Source: a virus. From it: 64,000 nt of DNA. Positions 32,459 to 41,672 of the stretch are shown in pieces; position 1 is the first letter of the stretch, and every line of letters starts with the position of its first letter. The stretch spans positions 1 through 64,000 of IMG/VR virus record IMGVR_UViG_3300048999_000052. One strand, given 5' to 3'. Below the pieces are notes generated by a model. That model was not told the DNA's origin and searched no databases. It saw only the letters and a program-made list of their open reading frames with translations. A program made the position numbers and the translations under genes.

Positions 32459-35161
32459 ATGAGAATCGTTCGGCAGCGCAAGCTGGTGATCAAACGGGCA
32501 CCGCGCTTTTGGAGCGCACACACTCACTCCACCTTCTCTGCTCAGGATGCTCTGCCCTCGGTACGCGAGATCGTCAACCGGGTCGCTGAGCTAGGCCAGC
32601 CGGCTCTTGGTCTGACCGACCACGGCAACATGGGCGGTTCGGTCCAGCTCTACCAAGCCTGCAAGAAAGCAGGCATCCTGCCCTTCCCCGGCAGTGAGCT
32701 CTATCTGGTCAAGAACATCAACAAGACCAAGTACGCCAAGGGCCGTAAGGCTGACGGTGCCGGTCGCTACCACATGGGCGTGCTGGCCTACACGACCAAG
32801 GGCTACGAGAACTTGGTCAACCTGTCCACCCTGAGCCACAGCCAGTTCTACTTCAAGCCGCTGGTGGACCTGGAAAGCTTCGCCCGGCTGCACCAAGACG
32901 GCCGGACCGAAGGCTTGGCCATCACCACCGGCTGTTACTTCGGCCTGATCGTGCAGTCGCTGATCACCCGCGGCGAGAAGACCGTCAAGCAGTACCTGAA
33001 AGCGCTGGACACCTGGTTCCCCAACTCGGTGTTCGTGGAGATCCAGAACCACAACATCGACCACGGGGATGGTTGGAATGACGACAAGGTCGCTGATGCG
33101 CTTGTCCAGATCGCTGATGAGCTCGGCCTACCCGTGGTCTGTACTCAAGATTCTCACTACACCTTGGAAGGTGATCGAGCAGACCATGAGGCCCTCAAGC
33201 GACTCGTCTCGTTCGGACCAGATCCCGACGATGCCGTCTTTCCCGGAGACGGATTCCACCTCGCTGATGATGCGTGGCTTGATCAACACCATGCTCCAGC
33301 GCGTCTGGAACGGGGACTCGAAGGCTTGGCTGAACTACTTGGACGTCACGATCTGTCCATCCCGGTACTCGACTCTTACCAGTACGCAGTCCCTCTCGCC
33401 CTCACCGATCCACAGGCCCTTCTTGTTTCCAAGTGTGAAGCTGAGCTGCGTCGACGGGGTCTGGATAAGCCAGCCTACCGACAGCGCCTCGCCGCAGAGC
33501 TTGAAGTTGTTGGGGCAGCCGGGATGGCGGGCTATCTAATCCTTTGTCAAGAAGTAACGGAGTACATGCGGAATGAGAAAATTCTGTTCAACGCTCGCGG
33601 TAGTGCTGCTGGCTCTTTGTGCTGCCACCTCCTGCGGATCACCGGACCAGACCCCGTCAAGTGGAACCTGCGGTTCGAGCGCTTCCTGAGCAAGGACCGG
33701 ACCAAGCCACCCGACATCGATCTGGACATCGAGCACGAGCGTCGTGGTGACGTGATGGCCTGGATGCGGTCCAAGTGGAGCGTCCAGCAGATTGCCACCT
33801 GGGCGAAGCTGTCGCTGACTGGAGAAGAGGGCGAGAACAAGGGCAGCCTGCTGGTCAAGTACTTCGCGGCCACCAACAAGAAGGTCGAGACTGATGACGA
33901 CAAGGTCCACGCGTGGAGTGAGGTGCCACGCGAAGATCAGCTGCTGCTCAGACGCTTGAGTGAGCGGGAGACGTACTCCGGCAACGGCAAGAATGCCGCG
34001 GGTGTGGTGGTGACTGCCACCAAGGCCCAGATCGACAAGATGGTGCCGATGCTGTGGATCGCGTCCTCGGAGAGCTTCCTGACCCAGTACCCCAAGGACG
34101 ACATCGAGGCGTTGGGCTACGTGAAGCTGGACGTGATGGGCGTGAAGATGCTCAGCGTGATCCGCCGAACGCTGGAGCTGCTGGGCAAGGAGGATCTGGA
34201 GTGGATTCCACTGACGGACGGGCCAACGTACTCTGCCATCCGCTCGGGGAAGACGGAGGGTGTATTTCAACTGTCTGGATGGAGTGCCCAACAGGGGTGC
34301 CGCGAACTCAAGCCCTCCAAGATCAGCGATGTCATCGCTGCGATGGCGTTGTTCAGGCCGGCGACGCAGTCATCGGGGGCGACGAGCTCATACGTTGCTC
34401 GAAAGAACGGGACCGAAGCTGTCCCTTCCCGGCACGACGTCATCATGAAGGCGACCACATCTACGTACGGCATCATGCTGTACCAGGAGCAGGTGATCGC
34501 GATCCTGCGCGAGCTGGGAATGGGCGCCGACGACCTGACCAAGTTCCTGAAGGCGGTGAAAGCCTCCAACAAAGACATCGGGGACGCCGGGAAGGTGATC
34601 GAGGGCTACCAGTCGATGATCGCTACCTTGGCGCGCAACCAGGGTATGACCGACCAAGACTTGTCCTGGCTCAGTACGGCGATCGACGGTTTCTCACAGT
34701 ACGGATTCAACTCAGCCCACGCGACTACCTACGGCTTGATGGCCTACCAGACGGCCTACTTGATGGTGAAGCATCCGATCGAGTTCCACACTGCGCTACT
34801 TGCAGTTGCGGCGGGCGACGAAAAGAAGGAGTCCAAGTATCTGACCGCAGCCCGATCCCGGGGAGTGAAGATCCTCCCACCGGACGTGACGATCTCGGGT
34901 CTGACCTACACGATGGACCGGCGCCGGATGGCAGTCCGTAAGGGCTTGCTGGCGATCAAGGGCGTTGGGGCCTCGACCGCAGTAGAGATTGCTAACTGCC
35001 AACCATTCGCTAACTTCCAGGACTTCCTGGATCGAGTTGACCACCGCAAGGTGACGGGGGTCAAAGATGTACGGCTGGGCAAGAAGCCAGTCGATCAGGC
35101 AATCGGAGCACTGAAGGCGTTGTATGAGATCGGTGCTCTCAACTCCCTTTTGGAGATGTGA
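32459..35161 (+). CDS. dnaE: DNA polymerase III alpha (DnaE-like)
   Basis: PHP HTHS...LTDHGNM; RGSAAGSL; PPDIDLD; KLDVMG; GVFQL; YQEQ; YGFNSAHA; HhH IKGVG. Confidence 0.96.
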   Translation: MRIVRQRKLVIKRAPRFWSAHTHSTFSAQDALPSVREIVNRVAELGQPALGLTDHGNMGGSVQLYQACKKAGILPFPGSELYLVKNINKTKYAKGRKADGAGRYHMGVLAYTTKGYENLVNLSTLSHSQFYFKPLVDLESFARLHQDGRTEGLAITTGCYFGLIVQSLITRGEKTVKQYLKALDTWFPNSVFVEIQNHNIDHGDGWNDDKVADALVQIADELGLPVVCTQDSHYTLEGDRADHEALKRLVSFGPDPDDAVFPGDGFHLADDAWLDQHHAPARLERGLEGLAELLGRHDLSIPVLDSYQYAVPLALTDPQALLVSKCEAELRRRGLDKPAYRQRLAAELEVVGAAGMAGYLILCQEVTEYMRNEKILFNARGSAAGSLCCHLLRITGPDPVKWNLRFERFLSKDRTKPPDIDLDIEHERRGDVMAWMRSKWSVQQIATWAKLSLTGEEGENKGSLLVKYFAATNKKVETDDDKVHAWSEVPREDQLLLRRLSERETYSGNGKNAAGVVVTATKAQIDKMVPMLWIASSESFLTQYPKDDIEALGYVKLDVMGVKMLSVIRRTLELLGKEDLEWIPLTDGPTYSAIRSGKTEGVFQLSGWSAQQGCRELKPSKISDVIAAMALFRPATQSSGATSSYVARKNGTEAVPSRHDVIMKATTSTYGIMLYQEQVIAILRELGMGADDLTKFLKAVKASNKDIGDAGKVIEGYQSMIATLARNQGMTDQDLSWLSTAIDGFSQYGFNSAHATTYGLMAYQTAYLMVKHPIEFHTALLAVAAGDEKKESKYLTAARSRGVKILPPDVTISGLTYTMDRRRMAVRKGLLAIKGVGASTAVEIANCQPFANFQDFLDRVDHRKVTGVKDVRLGKKPVDQAIGALKALYEIGALNSLLEM

Positions 35162-35985
35162 TGGTAGACGTAAAACTGGAGTCCATCACTCCGGAGCTGG
35201 CAGCCGAATGGCTGGAGAAGAACCTCAGGAACCGCAACCTGCGCGACTCAGCGGTAGCGCAGTACGCCCGGGACATGGTCAACGGTCAGTGGCTACTGAC
35301 TGGCGAAGCGATCAAGTTCGCCGAGGACGGCACGCTGCTGGACGGCCAGCACCGACTGGCCGCGATTGAGAAGTCCGGCCTGACCGTAGACATGTTCGTG
35401 GTCCGCGGGCTGGAGAACGAGTCGCAGAAGGTGATGGACACCAACATCCGCCGCGGCGTGGGCGACATGCTCAAGCTGGCTGGTTACGCCAACCACATGG
35501 CATTGGCCTCGGCAGCTCGGTTGGCGATGACGTACCAGACCAACGTGCCCAACACCCGGCGTAAGTCGATCGCCAAGATGGGTCCGACCCACCTGGAGGT
35601 CAGCGACTTCATCGAGAAGAATCCCGACCTGGTGGACGCCGTCCAGGACTCGATGAAGTACCGGCTCAAGATCGACATCAACCCCTCGGTGCTGGCGGTG
35701 ACGTACTGGGAGCTGATGAAGCTGGACGCGGAAATGGCTGAGAACTTCTTCGAGTCGATCGCCAACAACACCACCAACGGCATCGGTGACCCGCGCAACG
35801 CCCTGATCCAGCGGCTGTCGAGTGCTCGCCGGGCCAGTGAGCAGATCCCCCAGAACGCCTACTTGTCGATGATGTTCCGGGTCTGGAACGCCTGGGTGAA
35901 GGGCGACGAGATGTACCGGGTGCAGGTATCCAACAACCGCGACGGTGGTCTGATCGCGATCCCGGATCCGATCCAGCCGTCATGA
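35158..35985 (+). CDS. ParB-like N-terminal domain protein
   Basis: ITPELAAEWL..N..NR...YARDM..G.W...LLDGQHRLAAI. Confidence 0.85.
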   Translation: MMVDVKLESITPELAAEWLEKNLRNRNLRDSAVAQYARDMVNGQWLLTGEAIKFAEDGTLLDGQHRLAAIEKSGLTVDMFVVRGLENESQKVMDTNIRRGVGDMLKLAGYANHMALASAARLAMTYQTNVPNTRRKSIAKMGPTHLEVSDFIEKNPDLVDAVQDSMKYRLKIDINPSVLAVTYWELMKLDAEMAENFFESIANNTTNGIGDPRNALIQRLSSARRASEQIPQNAYLSMMFRVWNAWVKGDEMYRVQVSNNRDGGLIAIPDPIQPS

Positions 35986-36341
35986 AGCGCATCGTGCCCA
36001 CCCCTCGTGACCTGGTGGTGGACAGGTCCGGGGGGCGGTGCGAGGCAATGACCACGGTCAGTGGCCTGGACGTGTGGACCAGGTGCTTTCGCAGCCCGAT
36101 CGAGGTGCACCACCGGCTCACCAGAGCCCGGGGTGGGGATCTGCTGGACGAGCTGGGTGAGACCTACCACCTGATCGCATTGTGTCCCCAGCACCACCGA
36201 GAGGATGCTGATGGTGGGTTGGCCTACGAGTCCGGATTGCTGCTGGACGGTCGGATGTACAAGTCCGGTGGGCTGTACTGGTACGAGGGCTCGGATGACT
36301 ACCTCAAGGACAACTACGAGCAGGGTGTGAGGTTGGGCTGA
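35982..36341 (+). CDS. HNH endonuclease-like protein
   Basis: RSGGRCE...EVHHR..R.RGG...LIALC..HH. Confidence 0.8.
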   Translation: MKRIVPTPRDLVVDRSGGRCEAMTTVSGLDVWTRCFRSPIEVHHRLTRARGGDLLDELGETYHLIALCPQHHREDADGGLAYESGLLLDGRMYKSGGLYWYEGSDDYLKDNYEQGVRLG

Positions 36342-36580
36342 TGGCAGAGGAGATGCAGTACTACGAGGACAGCGATCAGCAACAGCTAGCCGATGCCCTA
36401 GCCAAACTGCGAACTGACGAGGCCTACGTGTTGGTAGCGCCGGCTGAGTACAAGCGGCTGTTGGAGTCCGAAGCCAAGTTCGAGCGGCTGGCTGCATTTG
36501 TGGTGGATCACCCCTGGCCCGAAGTACGCGACGCCTGGGAAGAGTGGGTAGAAGTGGAGAACCTTCGTGAAGATGGATGA
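36341..36580 (+). CDS. Hypothetical protein
   Basis: TGATG-coupled. Confidence 0.65.
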   Translation: MAEEMQYYEDSDQQQLADALAKLRTDEAYVLVAPAEYKRLLESEAKFERLAAFVVDHPWPEVRDAWEEWVEVENLREDG

Positions 36581-37043
36581 CAACCCCGAGTGGAACGTGG
36601 ATGAGTACCGCAAGCAACGGGACAACGACCCACAGATCAAGCAGGTGATGAATCGCCTGGTGGAGGCGATCGAGAACGTCACCAAGGCCATGGGCAGGTT
36701 CCAGTACGTGAACGAGAGCTGGGATCCCCAACCAGTTGCACCCAAGCGGCTGGGCGAGGCCCATCAGATCGGCAACAAGTCAGTGCTGACCCACACCTAC
36801 GACCAGTGCGTTGGGAGGAACTGTGTCATCCACAACCCCTCGGAGCACCGGATGCGGGGATGGGAAAAGAACTACCGACCAGACACCGGCCGAACTGAGC
36901 GGCTCTGTGAGCACGGCGTTGGACATCCTGACCCAGACGACGTGGCGTACTGGCTCACGCTCGGGAAGACACAAAGCTCGGTCACGACGCACGGGTGTGA
37001 CGGATGCTGTGCAGCGTACGAAGTGTCCGATCTGCCGCAGTAG
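36567..37043 (+). CDS. Cys/His metal-binding phage protein
   Basis: C.GR.CVIHNPSEH.M..W...ER.C.HGVGHPDPD...HGCDGCC. Confidence 0.75.
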   Translation: MKMDDNPEWNVDEYRKQRDNDPQIKQVMNRLVEAIENVTKAMGRFQYVNESWDPQPVAPKRLGEAHQIGNKSVLTHTYDQCVGRNCVIHNPSEHRMRGWEKNYRPDTGRTERLCEHGVGHPDPDDVAYWLTLGKTQSSVTTHGCDGCCAAYEVSDLPQ

Positions 37044-37293
37044 TACTGGCGGCAAGAAGTGGAGCTACGCATCTGAGTACGACGCCTGGAAGATGATCGG
37101 GCAGATGATCCGCAGCGGTAAGTACGACAGCGTGCCCAACCGGGTCTACCCGTGTCCGTTTGGTCACGGATATCACAAATCTTCCCAGCCCCAGCGGCAC
37201 AGCTACACGTTGCCTCAAGAAAAGACCAGGGTAGAGTACAGTCATGAAGATCAAGCAGGATCCGGCGAAGCAGGCCAAGGCCCAGATAGCTGA
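37009..37293 (+). CDS. Small Zn-binding protein (R.Y.CP...YH)
   Basis: CPIC...KxxYxS...RVYPCPFGHGYH; start uncertain. Confidence 0.6.
   Translation: MQRTKCPICRSSTGGKKWSYASEYDAWKMIGQMIRSGKYDSVPNRVYPCPFGHGYHKSSQPQRHSYTLPQEKTRVEYSHEDQAGSGEAGQGPDS
37210..37237 (+). promoter_or_regulatory. Putative internal promoter for a leaderless mRNA
   Basis: TTGCCT-N16-TAGAGT, 6 nt before ATG 37244; shares AGGGTAGAGT with 30623-30632. Confidence 0.45.
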
Positions 37294-37432
37294 CATCCTG
37301 CGCAACCACGAGTGGCTGATCTTGCGCGAAAGTGGTGATCACACCCCGGACTGGATCGACTACGAGATGTTGGCGGACCTGGTCTACGACATCGTCCGAG
37401 GCAAGACCTTCGGTAGAGAGGCAATCAATTGA
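37244..37432 (+). CDS. Hypothetical protein
   Basis: 62-aa coupled ORF. Confidence 0.6.
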   Translation: MKIKQDPAKQAKAQIADILRNHEWLILRESGDHTPDWIDYEMLADLVYDIVRGKTFGREAIN

Positions 37433-37722
37433 AGACCACCACGTTCTACGTACAGCTAGAGCCGCGTTGGCGTACGTGGAAAGACCACACCACGGGTAAG
37501 TACCCACTGGACTCAGTGGTTGCCACCCGGGTGACCCAGACCAAGCCCACCAGGCCTCGGGTGGGGTCGATCACCGTCAAGCTGTCGATCGATATCCCCG
37601 AAAGTGTGTTCGAGCCGTTTGAGCCCGCAGTAGAGATCAGCATCCCCGAACCAGCCGAAGACATGATCCAGGTGAACGTCGAACCAGTAGAGGAGCCGCA
37701 GAATGCAGAAGCAGCACAGTGA
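37429..37722 (+). CDS. Conserved actinophage hypothetical
   Basis: FYVQLEP...RVTQTKP...VKL.I.IP..VFEP. Confidence 0.7.
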   Translation: MKTTTFYVQLEPRWRTWKDHTTGKYPLDSVVATRVTQTKPTRPRVGSITVKLSIDIPESVFEPFEPAVEISIPEPAEDMIQVNVEPVEEPQNAEAAQ

Positions 37723-37873
37723 GCAAACCAAAGTCACTGTCAGTAGCGATGAGTACCAGGAGCTCAAGCGGGATCAGAACTGGCTGCACTGCCTGGAAGC
37801 GGCCGGAGTAGACAACTGGGACGGCTACACCTTCGCCCGGGAGATCTACCGCCAGCGGGGCCACGATGACTGA
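37703..37873 (+). CDS. Small conserved phage protein (LEAAGVDNWDGY; not in ORF track)
   Basis: Recognisable motif WLHCLEAAGVDNWDGY. Confidence 0.7.
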   Translation: MQKQHSEQTKVTVSSDEYQELKRDQNWLHCLEAAGVDNWDGYTFAREIYRQRGHDD

Positions 37874-38039
37874 GCTGCCCTACGTCGCGGTCACCATCAC
37901 GCTCACCCGCAAGGAGTATGAGCAGATGAAACGGGACGCGATCTTCGACCGCGACATCGAAGAGCACATCCGGCTGAAGCTGGGTTTGCCGTACGCCCCC
38001 TACGGGTTCAAGAAGTATATGAAGGAGTTGTACGAGTGA
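37866..38039 (+). CDS. Small hypothetical (not in ORF track)
   Basis: MTELPYVAVTITLTRKEYE...; GTGA coupling to the Cas4-like gene. Confidence 0.55.
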   Translation: MTELPYVAVTITLTRKEYEQMKRDAIFDRDIEEHIRLKLGLPYAPYGFKKYMKELYE

Positions 38040-38887
38040 AGCTCACCCAGCTGCTCCAGGCTCACCAGCAAGAGCTGGTGGTCACCCCTGCCCACGAGCG
38101 CTGGTTGATCGCCAATCCGAACGCGGAGTACTCCGACGATGCCAAAGCGTTCCTGGCTGAACAGATCGGTAAGCCGGATCGGGTCCGCAGTGGCAGCTTC
38201 AGTCCTAGCTCTGCTGGCACCTGTCTACGACGGCGTCAGTTCGAGTATCTGGGGTTGCCGCGGCGCCCTTTTAAGACCTCTACCATCCAGATCTTCCATA
38301 ACGGCACCTGGACGCATTTGCGTTGGCAAGCCGCAGGCCTGTCCGCTGGCTGGCTCGACCAGGCAGAGGTGCCAGTGGCTCACCCCAAGTTGATGATGAA
38401 GGGCACGATGGACGGCCGGCTGGTCAACGGCCAAGGGCTGGAGATCAAGTCGATCAACTCCAACGGCTTTCGCAACGTGATGAAGTACGGCCCCAAGCGT
38501 GAACACCTGTACCAGGTGACCAGCTACTCGATTGCCTCGGGGATCGAAGATTGGGTGGTGCTGTACGAGGACAAGGACACCAACGAGTACCGCGAGTTCA
38601 GGTTCAGCCCAGACAACCAAGGCCTGACTAAGGTGCTGCACGAGTACGAACGGCTGGTGATCGAGACCACCGGCAATCGCCTGATCGAGATGAAGGACGA
38701 GTGCTGGGCCAAGCAAGGGAGTGAGTACTTACAGTGTCCATTTCGGGACGTGTGTCCACTGATGAAGTCGTGGGATCAGGCATGCGAATCCTCCGCGCCG
38801 GGGACGACCCCAGCACTGCCCTCGGGGTCAACCACAAAGGTCAGATCGTTGCGGCTGCGTCTCACGTCCAGTTCTCCCAGCGAGTAA
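38036..38887 (+). CDS. Cas4-like PD-(D/E)XK exonuclease (non-CRISPR)
   Basis: SPSSAGTCLR, GTMDG, LEIKS, QVTSY, C-terminal C...CPF...C (four Fe-S Cys). Confidence 0.88.
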   Translation: MKLTQLLQAHQQELVVTPAHERWLIANPNAEYSDDAKAFLAEQIGKPDRVRSGSFSPSSAGTCLRRRQFEYLGLPRRPFKTSTIQIFHNGTWTHLRWQAAGLSAGWLDQAEVPVAHPKLMMKGTMDGRLVNGQGLEIKSINSNGFRNVMKYGPKREHLYQVTSYSIASGIEDWVVLYEDKDTNEYREFRFSPDNQGLTKVLHEYERLVIETTGNRLIEMKDECWAKQGSEYLQCPFRDVCPLMKSWDQACESSAPGTTPALPSGSTTKVRSLRLRLTSSSPSE

Positions 38888-39237
38888 CCGATGTACCTCT
38901 GCCTGCGGGTCTGCCCTCTCCTGATGACATCTACGACGAACTCCAGGGATACACGGACGTGCTGTTGGGCCGAAAGCCCAGCCCAATCAACAGCCCCTAC
39001 CTCGCACTTGCCGAAGTCGCCACGGCCTACTACGCCCGCGCCCAAGAGCTAGACATGTTGATCCACGAGGCTGAACGCGCCGGGGACGTAACCAAAAGCG
39101 CTCCGCACTACAAGATCCGTACTGGCGCGCTGCGAAGCTTCCTGGAGATGAGCAAGAAGATGGCCGACCTGGGGAGTAGGCGGCTCACCCAGGAACAACT
39201 GCTGTATGAGGCCCGGCATGACGCCGGGGAGTACTGA
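38782..39237 (+). CDS. Conserved phage hypothetical
   Basis: LAEVATAYYARAQE...RTGALRSF...LGSRRLT; overlaps the Cas4-like tail by 106 nt. Confidence 0.75.
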   Translation: MRILRAGDDPSTALGVNHKGQIVAAASHVQFSQRVTDVPLPAGLPSPDDIYDELQGYTDVLLGRKPSPINSPYLALAEVATAYYARAQELDMLIHEAERAGDVTKSAPHYKIRTGALRSFLEMSKKMADLGSRRLTQEQLLYEARHDAGEY

Positions 39238-39297
39238 CTGGAATTGAGTAATATCTAGTCTGAAAATAACCATCCAGCTGCCTACAGAGAGTGACCA

Positions 39298-39495
39298 ATG
39301 ATACTTACAGTGACTATCCAGCGGGATGGGTACGAAGAGCGCAAGAGCTACAGCAACGCCACCTATCAGGTGGACAACGGGGACCTGAGTATCCACCGCG
39401 GAGAAGAAATGATCGCGTACTTCCCGAAGGGGATCTGGGCTTACGTAGAGGGTGAGCTGGATGACGTACAGGGTGACCAGAACCCACAATCCTGA
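39298..39495 (+). CDS. Small hypothetical
   Basis: V.NG.L.I...IA.FP.G.W..V pattern. Confidence 0.6.
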   Translation: MILTVTIQRDGYEERKSYSNATYQVDNGDLSIHRGEEMIAYFPKGIWAYVEGELDDVQGDQNPQS

Positions 39496-39682
39496 GCTGA
39501 TTCCCCGGCGGGCCAAGTACGACGGACAGCTGTTCCACCAGTACAACTGGGGAGTACGCAAAGCCATCAGGGCCTACGACGAGGATCAGGCGATTGCTAA
39601 TGGCAAAGCACAGCGCATCGACGGGCGGGTTCGCTATCCAAACGTGCCCAGTGTGCAAGAACTGGACCCTGCAGGGCAGTGA
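39461..39682 (+). CDS. Small hypothetical
   Basis: ORF with gene-like codons; overlaps neighbours. Confidence 0.45.
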   Translation: MTYRVTRTHNPELIPRRAKYDGQLFHQYNWGVRKAIRAYDEDQAIANGKAQRIDGRVRYPNVPSVQELDPAGQ

Positions 39683-39767
39683 ACTGGCAACCAACGAGGA
39701 ACTGAATCAGATCGTCCGTGAGCACCTGATGGAGTGCTTCGGCGTACCAGAGGAGCTGGCCTCATGA
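39600..39767 (+). CDS. Small CxxC...H...C protein (not in ORF track)
   Basis: TCPVCKNW...REHLMEC; ATGA coupling. Confidence 0.5.
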   Translation: MAKHSASTGGFAIQTCPVCKNWTLQGSELATNEELNQIVREHLMECFGVPEELAS

Positions 39768-40135
39768 CCGCAGGCCGACAGTACGACCAGACCGAAACTG
39801 GGATCAGGATCCACGAACGCTGCTCCTGTGGGGCGAATACCGAGATCGAGACCCAGAACGTACAACTAGCCGAACGACTGATTCGTAGGTGGCGTAGGAG
39901 CCACTATCACCTGGCTGACTACTACATCCCCAAGCCGATCAGGTTCAAAGACGACACGTATACCCCGACCGTTACCTCAACCGGGGTGACCTACACCAGT
40001 ACGACCGGGACCAGCGCCAGCGGTACGTTCTCTGGTGGTACGGCTAGCCGAGCCACTCAGACTGGAATCACCCAGCAACACCGGGGACAGTCCCCAGCAG
40101 TACGACGCAAGACGGGTGAAGAAAATGGCAATTGA
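39764..40135 (+). CDS. Hypothetical (ERCSCGA...WRRSH)
   Basis: AGGAG RBS; T-rich tail. Confidence 0.6.
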   Translation: MTAGRQYDQTETGIRIHERCSCGANTEIETQNVQLAERLIRRWRRSHYHLADYYIPKPIRFKDDTYTPTVTSTGVTYTSTTGTSASGTFSGGTASRATQTGITQQHRGQSPAVRRKTGEENGN

Positions 40136-40382
40136 TCGGCGCAAGTACCAGATCCTCAAGCACGGGATCGGCCACGAGGCTGCTTCCTACCTGAGCAACC
40201 CGACGTTCTCCCCGCAGAAGGCAGCTACGGTGGCTGCTCCGACTGCAATCGGCTCGGTTGTAGCCGCGGGTGCAAACCCGACCAAGGCCGAGTACGACGC
40301 GCTACGTACTGACGTCACCAACCTTCGGACCACGGTGGCCAACCTGCTCACCAGCCTGAAGAACGCTGGCATCGTCGCGTGA
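40125..40382 (+). CDS. Head-fibre-like small protein
   Basis: PTKAEYDALRTDV..LRTTV..LLTSLKNAGIVA typical of the head-fibre trimerisation tail. Confidence 0.7.
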   Translation: MAIDRRKYQILKHGIGHEAASYLSNPTFSPQKAATVAAPTAIGSVVAAGANPTKAEYDALRTDVTNLRTTVANLLTSLKNAGIVA

Positions 40383-40918
40383 GGGTAGCTGGGGTGGACC
40401 TGGGGGTGCGGAAAGCAGCCGTCACCGTACTGGATGACAACCAGATGTTGTTCACCGGTGCGTTCGACGTCTCGGCCCAAAAACCTAGGTCCACCCAGCT
40501 GCATCAAGTAGCGGCTTGGGTAGTACGCCAATTGATCCAGTACAAGGCAGAGGCGGTCTACGTTGAGGAACCGCTGGTGGGACGCTCCACTCGTGTATCT
40601 CTGCAGATCGCCCAGACTGCTGGTGCTGTGCTTTGCACCACTGATCATCTACTGGACGCTGATGGGGCTGGGGCTAATAGTTACCTGGTATCGAACACAC
40701 ACTGGAAGAAAATCCTCCTGGGATCAGGCAACGCGAACAAAGTCAAGATCCAGGAGTGGCTTGACCTGAAGTATTCCAGTTACGCTCTCAACTGTGACGG
40801 CGACCAAGACTGCTACGACGCGACCTGTATCGCGCTCTATGGACAGCTCCAACAAGGGCTTGCAGCCAGGCTCCGTGAAGACTCCCAAACTATTCAACAT
40901 GGACAAGCTCTGGCCTGA
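40379..40918 (+). CDS. ruvC: RuvC-like Holliday junction resolvase
   Basis: VAGVDLG, VYVEEP, WKK...GSGNANK, DCYDATCIA. Confidence 0.88.
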   Translation: MRVAGVDLGVRKAAVTVLDDNQMLFTGAFDVSAQKPRSTQLHQVAAWVVRQLIQYKAEAVYVEEPLVGRSTRVSLQIAQTAGAVLCTTDHLLDADGAGANSYLVSNTHWKKILLGSGNANKVKIQEWLDLKYSSYALNCDGDQDCYDATCIALYGQLQQGLAARLREDSQTIQHGQALA

Positions 40919-41396
40919 CTGGCACGAGCAAGCAGCCTGCCTAGACGCTGGCTACACCCGGTTCTTCGGGACCGATTCAGAGGCCCGGCCTGCACTGACT
41001 GTCAAACAGATCAGTGAGGTCCGGGCCATTTGTACGTCCTGCCCCGTATTCGCCACCTGTTTGACCCACGCCTTGACCCAGCGTGAGGAGTACGGGATCT
41101 GGGCAGGCACCACCGGTCGAGCTCGCAGGAAGATCCAGCGTTGGCTCGAATCGGGTGCAGTGAGCGTGGCTGAAGTAGTGGAGGACTACGTCAATGGGAA
41201 ACGACGCAAGTACGAAGGACGAGGCGCCCCTGGAAGGCCAGCTCGTACGGAGCAAGGCGTGGCACGCGTACCAGCTGAAACTGGCGGGGTTGAGCCTGAG
41301 CGAAATAGCCGGCCATCTGAACTACACGTCTGGCGCCGTGGTGGCCAAGGCCATCAAGGACGAGATGATTTCGGCCGCGAGAGATATCGAGCCTGA
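40899..41396 (+). CDS. whiB: WhiB-family transcription factor
   Basis: W...AAC...FF...ICTSCPV...CL..AL...E.YGIWAGTT..AR. Confidence 0.92.
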   Translation: MDKLWPDWHEQAACLDAGYTRFFGTDSEARPALTVKQISEVRAICTSCPVFATCLTHALTQREEYGIWAGTTGRARRKIQRWLESGAVSVAEVVEDYVNGKRRKYEGRGAPGRPARTEQGVARVPAETGGVEPERNSRPSELHVWRRGGQGHQGRDDFGRERYRA

Positions 41397-41652
41397 GACC
41401 CGGGAGAGTTTGCTCGACCTGGAGATCGAACGGCTGAACTTTGCCCAGTCCAAGATCTGGATGGCAGTCGAGGCCGGTGATGTGAAGGCCATCGAGCTGC
41501 TGCTGAAGATTGTCACCCTGCGGGCCAAGCTCCAGGGCGTGGATGTGCTGGACGCATCCAAGGGTCAGCAGACGGTACTGGTGGTGGGTGGTTCAGAGGG
41601 CGAGTACGTCGCCAAGCTCAAACTGGTGGCTGGTGGCGAACAGCAAGATTGA
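41194..41652 (+). CDS. Probable terminase small subunit (HTH)
   Basis: A.QLKLAGLSLSEIA..L.Y...LEIERL...W.....GD.KAI...LKI...RAKL.G pattern. Confidence 0.65.
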   Translation: MGNDASTKDEAPLEGQLVRSKAWHAYQLKLAGLSLSEIAGHLNYTSGAVVAKAIKDEMISAARDIEPETRESLLDLEIERLNFAQSKIWMAVEAGDVKAIELLLKIVTLRAKLQGVDVLDASKGQQTVLVVGGSEGEYVAKLKLVAGGEQQD

Positions 41653-41672
41653 GGTGAGCAGAAGGAGGACAG

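Noticed and set aside
32459-35161. Intein or intron in dnaE (also checked dnaB and terL)
   Set aside because: Conserved motifs are collinear at normal spacing; no C...HN intein ends or LAGLIDADG motifs; proteins are short rather than enlarged
35982-36341. HNH gene as a mobile homing element
   Set aside because: Short, translationally coupled, same codon style as neighbours, no interrupted host gene
38036-38887. Cas4-like gene as a sign of a CRISPR-Cas locus
   Set aside because: No cas1/cas2 and no repeat-spacer array seen; solo Cas4-like nucleases are common in phage replication modules
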